NCBI GenBank assembly: GCA_013112685.1
Contig: JABFGC010000002.1
Coordinates: 264,223-328,222 of the forward strand
Length of the DNA: 64,000 bases
Direction of reading: 5' to 3'
Origin: Chloroflexota bacterium
Lineage (GTDB): Bacteria; Chloroflexota; Anaerolineae; Anaerolineales; Villigracilaceae
The position numbers and the translations under genes are program-made. Below, in pieces: positions 1-10,849 of the stretch; within the stretch, counting starts at the first letter, position 1; each line of letters starts with the position of its first letter. Under the pieces are notes generated by a model. That model ran no database searches and was not told where the DNA came from. It saw only the letters and a list, made by a program, of their open reading frames with translations.

Positions 1-1
1 G

Positions 2-625
2 TTCGGCGGGTATGCCCAGAGCAAATGGGTGGCGGAAAAACTGGTGATGGAAGCGGGCGCGCGCGGCATCCCGTACGCGATCTATCGCCCCGGTTTGGTG
101 TCGGGTCATTCGCAGACCGGCGCATGGAACACCGACAACATGATCTCCAGCATGACCCGCGCCTGCCTGCTGTTGGGTACGGCTCCCGATCTCGATGTGG
201 TCGCAAACATCGTGCCGGTGGATTTCGTCAGCGCGGCGATTGTGCATCTTTCCAAGCAGCCCGAAAATTGGAATCGGGTCTATCACCTTGAGAATCCAAA
301 CCCGCTTCATCTCGACCCGCTGGTGGAGTGGCTGAAGACCGAAGGCTTCCACCCGCGCAAAGTCCCGTTCGAGGAGTGGCGTCAACAATTGTTCAACGCC
401 GTTGCGCATTTGGAGTCGGGCGGCTGGGAGCCGTACTTGCCGTTGATCGAAGAAGTGGAGGAAAGGCAGATCTTCATGCCGCGCATTGACCTGAGCAGCA
501 CGCTCGCCAAACTCGAAGGCAGCGGCATTGTCTGCCCGCCGGTGGAAGGGAAATTGCTCTCCACCTACATCCGCGCCTTCATCGCGCAGGGATTGATCGA
601 ACGGCCCGAAGTGAAAACCCGGTGA
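2..625 (+). CDS. NRPS/PKS terminal thioester reductase (SDR-type R) domain, 5' partial
   Basis: Frame open from the window edge: GGYAQSKWVAEK (YxxSK), YRPGLVSG, IVPVDFVS. Confidence 0.9.
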   Translation, partial: FGGYAQSKWVAEKLVMEAGARGIPYAIYRPGLVSGHSQTGAWNTDNMISSMTRACLLLGTAPDLDVVANIVPVDFVSAAIVHLSKQPENWNRVYHLENPNPLHLDPLVEWLKTEGFHPRKVPFEEWRQQLFNAVAHLESGGWEPYLPLIEEVEERQIFMPRIDLSSTLAKLEGSGIVCPPVEGKLLSTYIRAFIAQGLIERPEVKTR

Positions 626-1383
626 ACGCCGCGATTCGTCTTTCGAGCAAATGGTTTGCCTGCCCGCGCTCGAAGCCGCAGGCAGCGACCCGCCTCTTCT
701 TCCTCCCCTACGCGGGCGGCGGACCGGCGGTCTTTACCGGGTGGTGTGCAGAACTTCCTGCTTCCATCGAAGGACAGGTTGTTCACTATCCGGGCAGGGG
801 TTCGCGCTTCAACGAAGACGCAATCACCGACATGCCGCGCATGGTGGACGAACTTGCAAACGCCATCCAGCCATTGCTCGATAGACCCTTTGCTTTTTTC
901 GGTCACAGCATGGGCGGCTTGATCGCCTACGAATTTGCGCACCTGCTTCGCACTCGAAACCTCCCAACGCCCGATCCGCTTTTCGTTTCCGCGTGCGGTG
1001 CGCCTCATCTGCCCGACCCGAACTCGAAAATTCACCAACTGCCCGACGACGAATTTTTGAGCGAACTCGACCAACTCAACGGCATACCCGCCGAACTGAA
1101 ACATCCCGAAGCGATGGATTTGCTCCTGCCCGTCGTCCGCGCCGATTTCCAACTCATCGAAACTTACGTTTATAATCCCGCCCGACCGCGCTTCGATTTT
1201 CCGATCCTTGCCCTCGGCGCGCCGGACGACCCGCGCATCAGCCGCGAGCGCATCGAAGGCTGGGCGGCGTACACTGCCTCAACCTTCACAGCACGATATT
1301 TTCCCGGCGGGCATTTCTTCATCCATCGAGCCCGTCAACCCATCATGGAATTTCTCTATGAAAAAATCCGACTCACACACTGA
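622..1383 (+). CDS. Type II thioesterase
   Basis: LPYAGGG, GHSMG nucleophile elbow, GGHFF; GTGA overlap with upstream gene. Confidence 0.92.
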   Translation: MNAAIRLSSKWFACPRSKPQAATRLFFLPYAGGGPAVFTGWCAELPASIEGQVVHYPGRGSRFNEDAITDMPRMVDELANAIQPLLDRPFAFFGHSMGGLIAYEFAHLLRTRNLPTPDPLFVSACGAPHLPDPNSKIHQLPDDEFLSELDQLNGIPAELKHPEAMDLLLPVVRADFQLIETYVYNPARPRFDFPILALGAPDDPRISRERIEGWAAYTASTFTARYFPGGHFFIHRARQPIMEFLYEKIRLTH

Positions 1384-2101
1384 CTGGATCAAACCGCCCG
1401 CCGACCCGGCCATGCAGCCCCGCCATGTGGACATCTGGCGCATCTCTCTGGACCTCGAGCCTGATTCCGTCAAATGGTTTGAATCCACGCTGTCGGCGGA
1501 CGAAACCGAGCGCGCGGCGAAATTCGAGTTCCCGGCAGACCGTCATCGTTATGCCGTTGCTCATGGATTCTTGCGCGACGTGCTCTCGCGTTATCTGAAA
1601 GCGGAACCTGCCGGGCTGAAATTCTCCGTCAATTCCTACGGCAAGCCATCGCTGGCGGGTCACGACCTGGAATTCAACCTCTCCCACTCCGCGGACTTTG
1701 CGCTGGCGGCGCTGACGTATAACCGCAGGATCGGCGTGGACGTGGAGCGCATCCGTTCGGGCATCTCGGCGCACGTCATCGCGCGGCAATATTTCTCGAA
1801 GGCGGAAGTCGCCGAGTTGGAGACGATTCCGCTCGAACTGCGCGAGCGCGCCTTCTTCATCGGCTGGACCCGCAAGGAAGCCTACATCAAGGCGCAGGGT
1901 ATGGGTTTGTCTTTGGGTTTGGATAGTTTCGACGTAACCATCACCCCCGACCAGCCCGCCGTCCTGCGCGCCACCCGCCCGAATCCCAAAGAAGCCTCCC
2001 GCTGGACGCCGCTGTCCCTGCCCATGGATTCGCGCTACGAAGCGGCGGTCACTGTGGAAGGGAAGGACCTCGAATTTCGGTTGTGGGACTGGGAAAATTG
2101 A
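1358..2101 (+). CDS. Sfp-type 4'-phosphopantetheinyl transferase
   Basis: FNLSHS, IGVDVE, WTRKEAYIKA; ATG at 1358. Confidence 0.93.
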   Translation: MKKSDSHTDWIKPPADPAMQPRHVDIWRISLDLEPDSVKWFESTLSADETERAAKFEFPADRHRYAVAHGFLRDVLSRYLKAEPAGLKFSVNSYGKPSLAGHDLEFNLSHSADFALAALTYNRRIGVDVERIRSGISAHVIARQYFSKAEVAELETIPLELRERAFFIGWTRKEAYIKAQGMGLSLGLDSFDVTITPDQPAVLRATRPNPKEASRWTPLSLPMDSRYEAAVTVEGKDLEFRLWDWEN

Positions 2102-2109
2102 AAACGGGA

Positions 2110-2163
2110 ATCCGAAAGTTCTACTTTCGGATAAAAAAGTCCTGAAGTTCCACTTCAGGACTT
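2110..2163. repeat. Pair of REP-like palindromes, same family as 57889-58120
   Basis: atccgaaag-ttcta-ctttcggat and aagtcctgaag-ttcca-cttcaggactt between convergent genes. Confidence 0.8.
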
Positions 2164-2171
2164 CGTGCAGC

Positions 2172-3815
2172 CTATTGAGTAACCGACTTATTTCCCAAAC
2201 ATTGCAGTCCTTCGTTCCCTTTTGGGTAAACCCGATACAAATTGTTCTCTGGCACGATGCAATACGTCTCCACTAGTTTTGAGGCGTTGTAAAATCGCTC
2301 GCTCAACGAGGCGAGATAGACCGGGCTTTCGGGGAGGGAACGTTCGATTAAATCCGAAACAACTTGTGGGTCGAACGAGGCGGGGGCGATGTCATACCAG
2401 CCGGCGATGGTCACATCCGGGCGGATCGGGTCAATCTTCGTAAAATATCGCAAAATAAAATATTCATCGGTGTCGGTGTACCATTCCGCGATGACGACAG
2501 AGTTCGGCTCTAGGCTCATCGTCGTTTGGTAGCCGAAATCGTAGGCGTTCGTGTCGCCGCGTTTGAAGGGATTGATGTAATAGGCTAAGCCGTTTCGTAG
2601 TCCCGTGCCGATCTGCGGAATGCCGATGGCGGCGTCGTTCACGCTTGCTGCGGTGGCGAGGCAGGGCAGGGCTGTGTAGAAAAACGGGGTCGCAAAAAGG
2701 AATAGGCTCGCCATGCCGATTGCAATCGTTCGGTTTTTCCCTTGAAGGGTGGCGAGGATGTGGCTTGCGCCAATGCCCATCATCAGCGCCCAAAAGACGT
2801 GAGACACGATGAAAAAAGTAAATTGATCCGAGACGCGATAGTAAATCCCGAACAGCGTGTAAACCATGAAGAAGACGGTGATCTTGTGAGTCGGCAGTTC
2901 GGGACGAAGGTGACCTTTGCGAAAGCCGATGATCCCGACGACCAAACCGATCGGACCGAATTGAACGGTCAAAAAGAAAAGATAGGTCAGGATGCTTCTG
3001 CCCAGGGAGGCGGGAGAGAAGGGCTCCAGTTGATTCAGAAACGCCGAGCCGACCACCGGTCCCATGATTTCATCGAGCGGGAAGTTCAAGGTCATGCGCG
3101 CGAACTGAAAAATGTAGAGCGAAAATCCACCCAGAAAACCGAGCACCGGAGCGGCGAAATCCTTTGGAGTCAAGAATTGGAACGCGCGGTGTTTTCCGGC
3201 GACAAAATAATACAGACCCAACGCCGGGATCGCCAGAAAGCCGAGGATGTGCGTGGAAGCCGCCAGCCCCAGACAAAGCGCGGCATACATCAGGTACGAC
3301 TTGACGCCCGTTCGCTCGAACCGCTCGTGAAAATAAAAGGCGGATAATAAAAAGAAAGTGAATAACGTGTAAACTTCCGGCGTGGAGGAATGCCACCAGA
3401 ACGTGTGCGAGACCGCCAGCGCAAGCGCGGCATAACAGGAAGCAAGCAGCGATTTGGTGAATTGGTGGGCGATGCCGAACGCCAGCGCAATGGAAGCCGC
3501 GCCGAAAAATGCCGAGATGAAATTGACCAGCCAGAGAGGGTCGAGAAACGGCATGGACAACACAAGCAAGTATCCAAACACAACGTACAGGGGATGATCC
3601 CATGCCGCAACGCCCACTCTGGAAAAAGGGAACGGGTCGGGGGCAAATTTTTCGGGCGGCATCTCGGAGAGCACGAACGACTCTCCCGAAACGACCTCGC
3701 TTTGCAGTTTCACGCCGTCTCCCCAGGCGAGTGAAGGCAGGAGCGAATACGTATAGAAAACGAAAGCCAATACGAAAACGAGCAGGGCGGTTGTATTCTT
3801 GTTCGGCATGGGCAT
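2172..3815 (-). CDS. Polytopic membrane GT-C glycosyltransferase-like protein (DUF2723/TMEM260-like)
   Basis: Many TM segments, WGDG, HPLY, TFWWHSSTPEVYTL motifs. Confidence 0.7.
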   Translation of the reverse strand: MPMPNKNTTALLVFVLAFVFYTYSLLPSLAWGDGVKLQSEVVSGESFVLSEMPPEKFAPDPFPFSRVGVAAWDHPLYVVFGYLLVLSMPFLDPLWLVNFISAFFGAASIALAFGIAHQFTKSLLASCYAALALAVSHTFWWHSSTPEVYTLFTFFLLSAFYFHERFERTGVKSYLMYAALCLGLAASTHILGFLAIPALGLYYFVAGKHRAFQFLTPKDFAAPVLGFLGGFSLYIFQFARMTLNFPLDEIMGPVVGSAFLNQLEPFSPASLGRSILTYLFFLTVQFGPIGLVVGIIGFRKGHLRPELPTHKITVFFMVYTLFGIYYRVSDQFTFFIVSHVFWALMMGIGASHILATLQGKNRTIAIGMASLFLFATPFFYTALPCLATAASVNDAAIGIPQIGTGLRNGLAYYINPFKRGDTNAYDFGYQTTMSLEPNSVVIAEWYTDTDEYFILRYFTKIDPIRPDVTIAGWYDIAPASFDPQVVSDLIERSLPESPVYLASLSERFYNASKLVETYCIVPENNLYRVYPKGNEGLQCLGNKSVTQ

Positions 3816-3836
3816 ATATCGGTTGTTCGACCCGGG

Positions 3837-5080
3837 TCAATGAGTTTCGTATTTGCCCACGATCAAAACCGCATTACTCCCCCCAAAAGCAAAGGAATTG
3901 GACATGATGTTTTGAAGCCGCACGTTTCGTTTGCCCTCGGTGACGTAATCCAGATCGCATTCCGGGTCCGGCGCTTTGTAATTGATGGTCGGCGGGACGA
4001 CCTGGTCGCGCAGCGAAAGCACACAGCCGATCAACTCCAGCGCGCCGCTCCCTGCAATCGAATGTCCAAGCGCGGCTTTGTTGCCCACCACCGGAATCTC
4101 ATACGCGCGTTTGCCGAAAACTTCCTTGATGGCGGCAGTCTCGTTCTTGTCGTTCCATTCCGTGCCGGTGGCGTGGGCGTTGATGTAATCAATGTCGTCC
4201 AGAGATAAGTCTGCATCTTCCAGCGCGCGCCGCATGGCTTGGGCGGGGTCCGGTCTTCGTGGGCTGGGTGAGGTGACTGCTGTCCGCGCTCGCGCCGTAG
4301 CCTTTGATCTCCGCCAGGATGGGCGCGCCGCGCTTCAACGCGTGACCTTCCGCTTCCAACACCAGGATGCCTGCTCCTTCGCCCAAAACCATGCCGTCCC
4401 TGTCGGCGCTGAACGGGCGGCAGGCTTCTGCGGGATTATCGGGTCCGGTTCGAGACGGCGTGCGCCGCCACCCACGCGCCGACCACCGCAGGTGAAAAAG
4501 GAGAGTCCGCTGCGCCGGTAACGGCGATTTCCAACATTCCGCTGCGAATCATGTTGAAGGCATAACCAATGGAATGCGCCGCGCTGGAACAGGCGGCATC
4601 CACGCTCATCAATGGTCCCTGAAAGCCGTGCTTGATGGAGATATTCGATCCCGGTCCGACGTTCATCGAGATCGGAATGGTAAATGGGCTGAGGCGGTTT
4701 TGCAGATAAAAACTTTTGAAAAACTGGTCCGACGCGCTGTACCCGCCTATCGAACTGCCGACGATCACGCCGACTCCCGTGCGATCCACTTCTCCGTTTT
4801 CCATCCCTGCCTGGGCGATTGCCTGTTTTGCCGCCACCAATCCCAATTGCGATGACCGGCTCATACGCCGCGCTTCCTTGCTGTCGAAATGGTCGCTCTC
4901 TTCGTAGCCCCGCACGATTGCGCCGATCTTGGAGGGCATGCCCGAAAAGATGCTTCCCTCCAGCGAGATGACCCCGGAACATCCTGCCAGTAAATTGTTC
5001 CAAAACCCAGAAAGGTCACACCCTAACGGGCTGGCGACCCCCATCCCTGTGACGACCACGCGCTCCGTTTTTCGAGACAT
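3837..5080 (-). CDS. fabF: 3-oxoacyl-ACP synthase II, split by about two frameshifts
   Basis: VVVTGMG, DAACSS active Cys, GEGAGILVLE, INAHATGT, SNSFAFGG across three ORF pieces. Confidence 0.88.
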
Positions 5081-5209
5081 CCTGGCATCCTCCAGTCTGA
5101 AAGCCGCACCGATAAAGATTGCTCACGGCTTGTGTACCGGTCGAAATTCTAACATACATTACCGTTATGCTCTTTTTATCTCATTTGCCAACCCTTCCAT
5201 CATTTGGAC

Positions 5210-5254
5210 GCCTCCCCCAAATTCGACAGAACTAATGTCGGATTTGGGGGAGGC
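5210..5254. repeat. Intergenic palindrome (REP-like or terminator)
   Basis: gcctcccccaaattcgaca ... tgtcggatttgggggaggc. Confidence 0.6.
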
Positions 5255-5264
5255 AGGGAGGGGG

Positions 5265-6917
5265 CTAAAACCCCTCCGCCACGTACTCGCCCCACACCCG
5301 CCTCAGCGTGTTGCAAATCTCCCCAAGCGTGACGTCGTTCTCCACGCATTCGATGAAGAGGGGGATCAGGTTCGAGGTTTCCCGTGCCAGATTTTCCAAT
5401 CGGCTCAACAATTCCGCGACCTTTGCGGAATCCCTGTTCGCGCGCAAGGCGGCGAGTCTTTCGCGTTGCCCCAACTCAATCGCCGGGTCAACCTTCAAAC
5501 GTTCCAACATGAGAACTTCATCAACCGTGAATTGATTCACGCCAACCACAATCTGCTCTTTCTTCTCGATGGCTTGCTGCGCGGCGTAGGCGGCGTTCTG
5601 GATTTCGTTCTGCATGAAGCCGCGTTCGATGGCTTGCATCGCCCCACCCATTTCGTCAATTTTGGCGATGTAATCCTGCGCGCCCTTTTCGATTTCATCG
5701 GTCAGATATTCGATCAGATACGAACCCGCCAGCGGGGCCCACCGAATCCGCGATGCCCGATCTGTAGGCGATGACCTGCGCGTGCGCAGCGCCACACGCA
5801 CGGACTTTTCCGTGGGCAGCCAGAGCGCCTCGTCCATTGAATTCGTATGCAGGGATTGCGTCCCACCGAGGACGGCGGACAGCGCCTGGATGGTCACGCG
5901 CACCACGTTGTTTTCGGGCTGCTGCGCCGTGAGCGTGGAACCCGCCGTCTGCGTGTGGAAGCGCAGCTGCCACGATGAAGGCTTCTGCGCCTTAAAGCGT
6001 TCGCGCATGATCTTCGCCCACAGCCGCCTCGCCGCGCGGAACTTCGCCACCTCCTCCAAAAAGTTGTTGTGCGCGTTGAAGAAGAACGAAAGTTGACCCG
6101 CAAAATCGTCCACGTTCAAGCCGGCTTTCAACGCCGCTTCCACGTAGGCGATTCCGTTTGCCAGCGTGAACGCCACTTCCTGCACGGAGGTCGAGCCTGC
6201 CTCGCGGATGTGATAGCCCGAAATGGAAATCGTGTTCCAGTTTGGCACTTCTTTCGCGCAGAACGCGAAGATGTCTGTGATGAGACGCATCGAAGGCGCG
6301 GGCGGGAAGATGTATGTCCCGCGCGCCACATATTCCTTGAGGATGTCATTTTGAATCGTTCCGCGCAGTTGCTTCATCTCTACACCCTGGCGTTTGGCGA
6401 CGGCAATGTACATGGCAAGCAGCACGCCTGCGGGCGCGTTGATCGTCATGGACGTGGAAACTTTGTCCAGTGGAATCTGGTCGAATAACTGCTCCATGTC
6501 GCGGATGGAGGAAATGGAGACGCCCACCTTGCCCACCTCGCCCTGCGCGATGGGATCATCCGCATCGTACCCGATTTGAGTTGGCAGGTCGAATGCGACC
6601 GAGAGCCCTGTTTGACCTTGTTCGAGCAGGTAGCGATAGCGCTTGTTGGATTCCTCGGCTGTGGAAAAGCCAGCGTACTGGCGCATCGTCCAGAAGCGCG
6701 AGCGGTACATCGTCGGCTGGACCCCGCGCGTGAAGGGATATTCGCCTGGGAAGCCGAGTTTTTCGCCGTAATCGGGATCATCGTCAACGGGCAGCGCCAG
6801 CCGCGGAATCTCGATCCCCGCGCTGGTCTCGAAGCGTTCCCTGCGTTCCTTGAATTTTTCCAATGACTTCTTGAGGGTGTTTTCCTGCCATTTTTTGTAT
6901 TGTTCGTTGAGGGTCAT
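5265..6917 (-). CDS. Methylmalonyl-CoA mutase substrate-binding subunit (no B12 domain)
   Basis: [43 protein letters not shown]; short compensated frameshift near 5740-5780. Confidence 0.92.
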   Translation of the reverse strand: MTLNEQYKKWQENTLKKSLEKFKERRERFETSAGIEIPRLALPVDDDPDYGEKLGFPGEYPFTRGVQPTMYRSRFWTMRQYAGFSTAEESNKRYRYLLEQGQTGLSVAFDLPTQIGYDADDPIAQGEVGKVGVSISSIRDMEQLFDQIPLDKVSTSMTINAPAGVLLAMYIAVAKRQGVEMKQLRGTIQNDILKEYVARGTYIFPPAPSMRLITDIFAFCAKEVPNWNTISISGYHIREAGSTSVQEVAFTLANGIAYVEAALKAGLNVDDFAGQLSFFFNAHNNFLEEVAKFRAARRLWAKIMRERFKAQKPSSWQLRFHTQTAGSTLTAQQPENNVVRVTIQALSAVLGGTQSLHTNSMDEALWLPTEKSVRVALRTRRSSPTDRASRIRWAPLAGSYLIEYLTDEIEKGAQDYIAKIDEMGGAMQAIERGFMQNEIQNAAYAAQQAIEKKEQIVVGVNQFTVDEVLMLERLKVDPAIELGQRERLAALRANRDSAKVAELLSRLENLARETSNLIPLFIECVENDVTLGEICNTLRRVWGEYVAEGF

Positions 6918-7210
6918 GTCAATATCCTTTTGAACTGCCAAGCCCTGCATTGAGCCTGCCGGAGCGGGCGCAATGGGGCAAAAGATTGCTGCGTTTGGCG
7001 CAAGTATAAGCCATCCCGTCCGTTCGGGAATTGGAGGAAAATAGGAGGATTAATAGACAAAAGTCACATGCCTAAATCGGACGAAAATGCTAAACTTTTA
7101 TTCAGCAGACCCTGAAGGTTTCATTTTCGTAAAGGGATTCTCGCCGCACGGATGGCGAGGCGGGCAGGGAAACCTTCCGGGTCTCTTCTTTTTTAGGAGC
7201 GTGCAAAGAC

Positions 7211-7611
7211 ATGGGAAACAAAACCTTCCTGTATATCGGTGCGGGGATATTGCTGTTGATCGGCTTGTGCCTCTTTGGATACGGCATCCTGAACATCATC
7301 GGCTCCACGTCCGCGCAGGGGGCGCTTCATGGCTTGGATTTGGAATCGGCTTTGCGGTCGCGGGCGGAATCTTCATCGGCGGCGGCATCCTGCTCATTTT
7401 GCGGGGACAAGCCAAAGGTCCGGCGGGAGGCGGGGATAACATCACCTACAAGATAGACCTCCCCGGTCAGACCAAAGTCGAGCAGTTGACCTGCCGCAAT
7501 TGCGGCGGCGCATTGAAGGCGGATAACGTCAAAATGATCGCGGGCGCGCCTACGGTGGAATGTCCGTTTTGCGGCACGGTCTATCAACTCACCGAAGAGC
7601 CGAAGTGGTAG
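7211..7611 (+). CDS. Two-TM membrane protein with C-terminal zinc ribbon (frameshift near 7325)
   Basis: Joining 7211 and 7087 ORF frames gives two hydrophobic helices, then CRNCGG...CPFCG. Confidence 0.7.
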
Positions 7612-7618
7612 GTCAATT

Positions 7619-7675
7619 TACGATTTGCGATGGACGATTTGCGATTTGCGATTTCCGATTGATGGTTTGCGATTG
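7619..7675. repeat. Imperfect 7-bp tandem repeats (cgatttg-like)
   Basis: cgatttg cgatgga cgatttg cgatttg cgatttc. Confidence 0.75.
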
Positions 7676-7683
7676 GAGATTTC

Positions 7684-9360
7684 ATGGCTAGAAGGATTCT
7701 CGTTGGTCTGGTGATTGCGGTTCTTGCATTGGGGGCGGCGTCTCATGTGTTTGCGCAGGACCTTCCATATTTTTTTCAGGTGAACAAAACGGTGGTGAAC
7801 GTCTATTGGAATTCGGACGGCACCATGAGCCTGGATTACGCCTGGGTCTTCGCCAACCAGCCGGGCGCGCACCCGATTGACTTTGTGGACGTGGGCATGC
7901 CGGGCAGCGATTTCGAGATGGATACCATCCGCGCCTCGGTGGACGGGACAGCTGTTTCTGTTTCTGAAAGCGACTACGCCGGGACGGGCTCGGGCTTTGC
8001 GATCGTGCTGGGCAACAAGGCGATTGCCGCAGGCGATACTGCGACGGTGAGTGTGCACATCGGCACGGTTCGCAGTGTGCTGTATCCCGACTCCGCCGAT
8101 GATACCTACGCCAGCGCCAATTTTGCGCCGACCTGGTTCGACTCGAAGTTCGTGACCGGCACGACCGATTACACAGTGATTTACCATTTGCCGCCGGGCG
8201 TTCAGCCGGAGGAACCGCGCTGGCACGCCGCGCCGGATGGATTCCCCTCCGAACCGCAAACCGGCTTCGACGACAACGGCAATATCACCTACACCTGGTA
8301 TTCGCCGAACGCGGACTCTTTCAGTTATTACCGCTTTGGCGCATCTTTCCCGCGCGCGTATATCCCGGCGGAATCCATTTACACGCCTCCGCCCACGCCG
8401 TTGATAAATGACGACACATTTGGCACGCTGGTCTTCTTCTGCTGTTTCGGGTTCATCTTTTTAGGCGTACCCGCCATCACCGCCATTGGAAACCGCAACC
8501 GCAAACTGCAATATCTTCCGCCGAAGATTTCCATCGAGGGGCACGGCATCAAGCGCGGACTGACCGCCGTCGAAGCCGCCATCCTTTTGGAACAGCCGCT
8601 CGATAAAGTGCTGACAATGATTTTGTTCGGCTTGCTCAAAAAGGAAGCAGCAACCGTCACCCGGCGCGACCCGCTGGAGATTCAAGCCAGCGACCCCCTG
8701 CCGGAAAAAATGCACGACTACGAAAAGGATTTCATAAAAGCTTTCAAGGAACCACAGGGTAAGGAGCGTCAGCGGCTGTTGCAGGAAATGACGGTGCGCC
8801 TGGTCAGGACCGTTTCGGAAAAGATGAAAGGCTTCAGCCGCAAGGAAACAGTGGATTACTACAAGTCCATCACCGAAAAAGCCTGGGCGATGGTCGAGTC
8901 GGCGGATACGCCTGAAGTGAAAAGCCAGAAGTTCGACGAAGCCCTCGAATGGACCATGCTCGACAAGGATTACGACGACCGCACGCGCCGCGTCTTTCGC
9001 GGACCTGTATTTGTCCCGATGTGGTGGGGACGTTTCGACCCGACCTTTCATCCCGCTTCCACCCGAGGAGGCATCCCAACGGCGGGACAGCCCGTCTCTA
9101 TGCCGGGATCATCCACCGCGCTCCCCGGCGCAGACTTTGCCGCCCAGATGGTGACTGGCGTTCAGACCTTCTCGCAGAAAGTGGTTGGCAACATCAACAC
9201 GTTCACTGAAAAAGTCACGAACGCCACGAATCCCATTCCTCAATCCAGGGGGACGAGCGGCGGCAGGTTCAAGGGCGGCGGTCGCGCCGGCGGATGCGCC
9301 TGTGCCTGCGCGTGCGCATGTGCCGGTTGCGCCTGCGCTTGTGCGGGCGGGGGGAGATAG
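7684..9360 (+). CDS. Signal peptide + single-TM protein (DUF2207-like ectodomain) with C-terminal (Cys-Ala)n tail
   Basis: Signal peptide ...HVFA, TM TLVFFCCFGFIFLGV, ends GGCACACACACAGCACACAGGGR. Confidence 0.85.
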   Translation: MARRILVGLVIAVLALGAASHVFAQDLPYFFQVNKTVVNVYWNSDGTMSLDYAWVFANQPGAHPIDFVDVGMPGSDFEMDTIRASVDGTAVSVSESDYAGTGSGFAIVLGNKAIAAGDTATVSVHIGTVRSVLYPDSADDTYASANFAPTWFDSKFVTGTTDYTVIYHLPPGVQPEEPRWHAAPDGFPSEPQTGFDDNGNITYTWYSPNADSFSYYRFGASFPRAYIPAESIYTPPPTPLINDDTFGTLVFFCCFGFIFLGVPAITAIGNRNRKLQYLPPKISIEGHGIKRGLTAVEAAILLEQPLDKVLTMILFGLLKKEAATVTRRDPLEIQASDPLPEKMHDYEKDFIKAFKEPQGKERQRLLQEMTVRLVRTVSEKMKGFSRKETVDYYKSITEKAWAMVESADTPEVKSQKFDEALEWTMLDKDYDDRTRRVFRGPVFVPMWWGRFDPTFHPASTRGGIPTAGQPVSMPGSSTALPGADFAAQMVTGVQTFSQKVVGNINTFTEKVTNATNPIPQSRGTSGGRFKGGGRAGGCACACACACAGCACACAGGGR

Positions 9361-9456
9361 TGATCCGTTGTCAGTTATCAGTGAGCAGTGATCGGTGGTG
9401 GTCGAGCAGAGTGGGGCTTTTCCCGCCCGTATCGCGACCACACTTAGAGGTCTGTC

Positions 9457-10821
9457 ATGAGCATATTTACTGATTTGTTCAATCGTCAATCTGAAATCGT
9501 AAATCCGAAGCCGGGTCTTTATCACTACATCCGCGAAACGGCAGAGGAAAAATCCCGCATCCATCTGCGGCTCGACCCCGACGGCACAGGCACGCTCATC
9601 GTCAACGCCAGCAGCGTGATGCACCTCAACCCGACCGCGGCGTTCATGGCGTGGTTGATCCTCGAAGGAAGGACGAAAGAGGAAGGCGCAAAGATTCTTA
9701 CATCGCGTTATTCCGTTTCGAAGAAGCAAGCCGAAACCGACCTTTCTTCCTTCCTCTTTCAGTTTGAAGAACTTCTGCGTCCCGATGGCGCTTGTCCCAT
9801 TCACGAACTCGAACTGGATACGACCATGCCGTTCAGCGCGCGCCCGTCCGCGCCTTACCGCATGGATTTGGCGCTGACTTACCGCTGCAACAACGACTGC
9901 GGACATTGCTACAACGCCCGCGAGCGGACCTTCCCCGAACTGACCACCGACCAATGGAAGCGCGTCCTCGATCAACTCTGGGGTTTGGGCGTGCCGCACA
10001 TCGTCTTCACCGGCGGCGAGGCGACCCTGCGAAACGACCTGCCCGAACTCATCCAACACGCCGAATCGAATGGGCAGATCACCGGTTTGAACACCAATGC
10101 CCGCCGCCTGATGGACATGGATTACGTCAAGCGGCTCGTGAACGCCGGTCTCGACCATGTGCAGATCACGGTTGAATCCTGCGCGCCCGAAGTCCACGAT
10201 GAAATGATGCACGTTAAAGGCGCGTTCCGGCAGACGGTTGCGGGCGTGAACAACGTCCTCAAAACGCGGCTGTACGTGATGACCAACACCACGATGCTGA
10301 AGACGAACGTCCACACCCTGCCCGCCACGCTCGATTTTCTGGCGGATTTGGGTGTCCCGACGATTGGCTTGAACGCGCTCATCTACTCCGGGCAGGGACT
10401 CACGGTAGGCACCGGCTTGGATGAAAGCGAACTCCAGCCCATCCTCGATATGGCGGTCAAAAAGACAGCCGCGCACGGACAAAAACTCATCTGGTACACG
10501 CCGACCCAATACTGCAAGTTCGACCCGACTGCCAGCAACCTGGGCGTCAAAGGCTGCACCGCCTCGCTTTACAGCATGTGCATCGAATCGAATGGGAATG
10601 TCCTGCCGTGCCAGTCTTACTATCATCCGCTCGGCAACATCCTGACCGACTCATGGGACTCGATTTGGAATCACAAACTTTCTGTGCAGCTGCGCGAGCG
10701 GCGGAACCTGCCCTTCAAATGCGAGACCTGTCCCATCGTCACGGAATGCGGCGGGGGCTGTCCGCTTCAATTCGGGAATCAACGTCAGGAACAAGGAGTT
10801 GCATTACCTGTGCTAAACTAA
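9457..10821 (+). CDS. Radical SAM/SPASM enzyme with N-terminal PqqD/RRE domain
   Basis: HLNPTAAF...RYSVSKKQAETDL (PqqD-like), CNNDCGHC, FTGGE, C-terminal CTAS...GNVLPC...CETC-x5-CGGGCP. Confidence 0.93.
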   Translation: MSIFTDLFNRQSEIVNPKPGLYHYIRETAEEKSRIHLRLDPDGTGTLIVNASSVMHLNPTAAFMAWLILEGRTKEEGAKILTSRYSVSKKQAETDLSSFLFQFEELLRPDGACPIHELELDTTMPFSARPSAPYRMDLALTYRCNNDCGHCYNARERTFPELTTDQWKRVLDQLWGLGVPHIVFTGGEATLRNDLPELIQHAESNGQITGLNTNARRLMDMDYVKRLVNAGLDHVQITVESCAPEVHDEMMHVKGAFRQTVAGVNNVLKTRLYVMTNTTMLKTNVHTLPATLDFLADLGVPTIGLNALIYSGQGLTVGTGLDESELQPILDMAVKKTAAHGQKLIWYTPTQYCKFDPTASNLGVKGCTASLYSMCIESNGNVLPCQSYYHPLGNILTDSWDSIWNHKLSVQLRERRNLPFKCETCPIVTECGGGCPLQFGNQRQEQGVALPVLN

Positions 10822-10849
10822 AGTGGCCCATTACTTTAGGATTAATCGC

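Noticed and set aside
9457-10821. PqqE, mycofactocin MftC or heme d1/Ahb radical SAM
   Set aside because: None of the cognate partner genes or precursor peptides is in the neighbourhood
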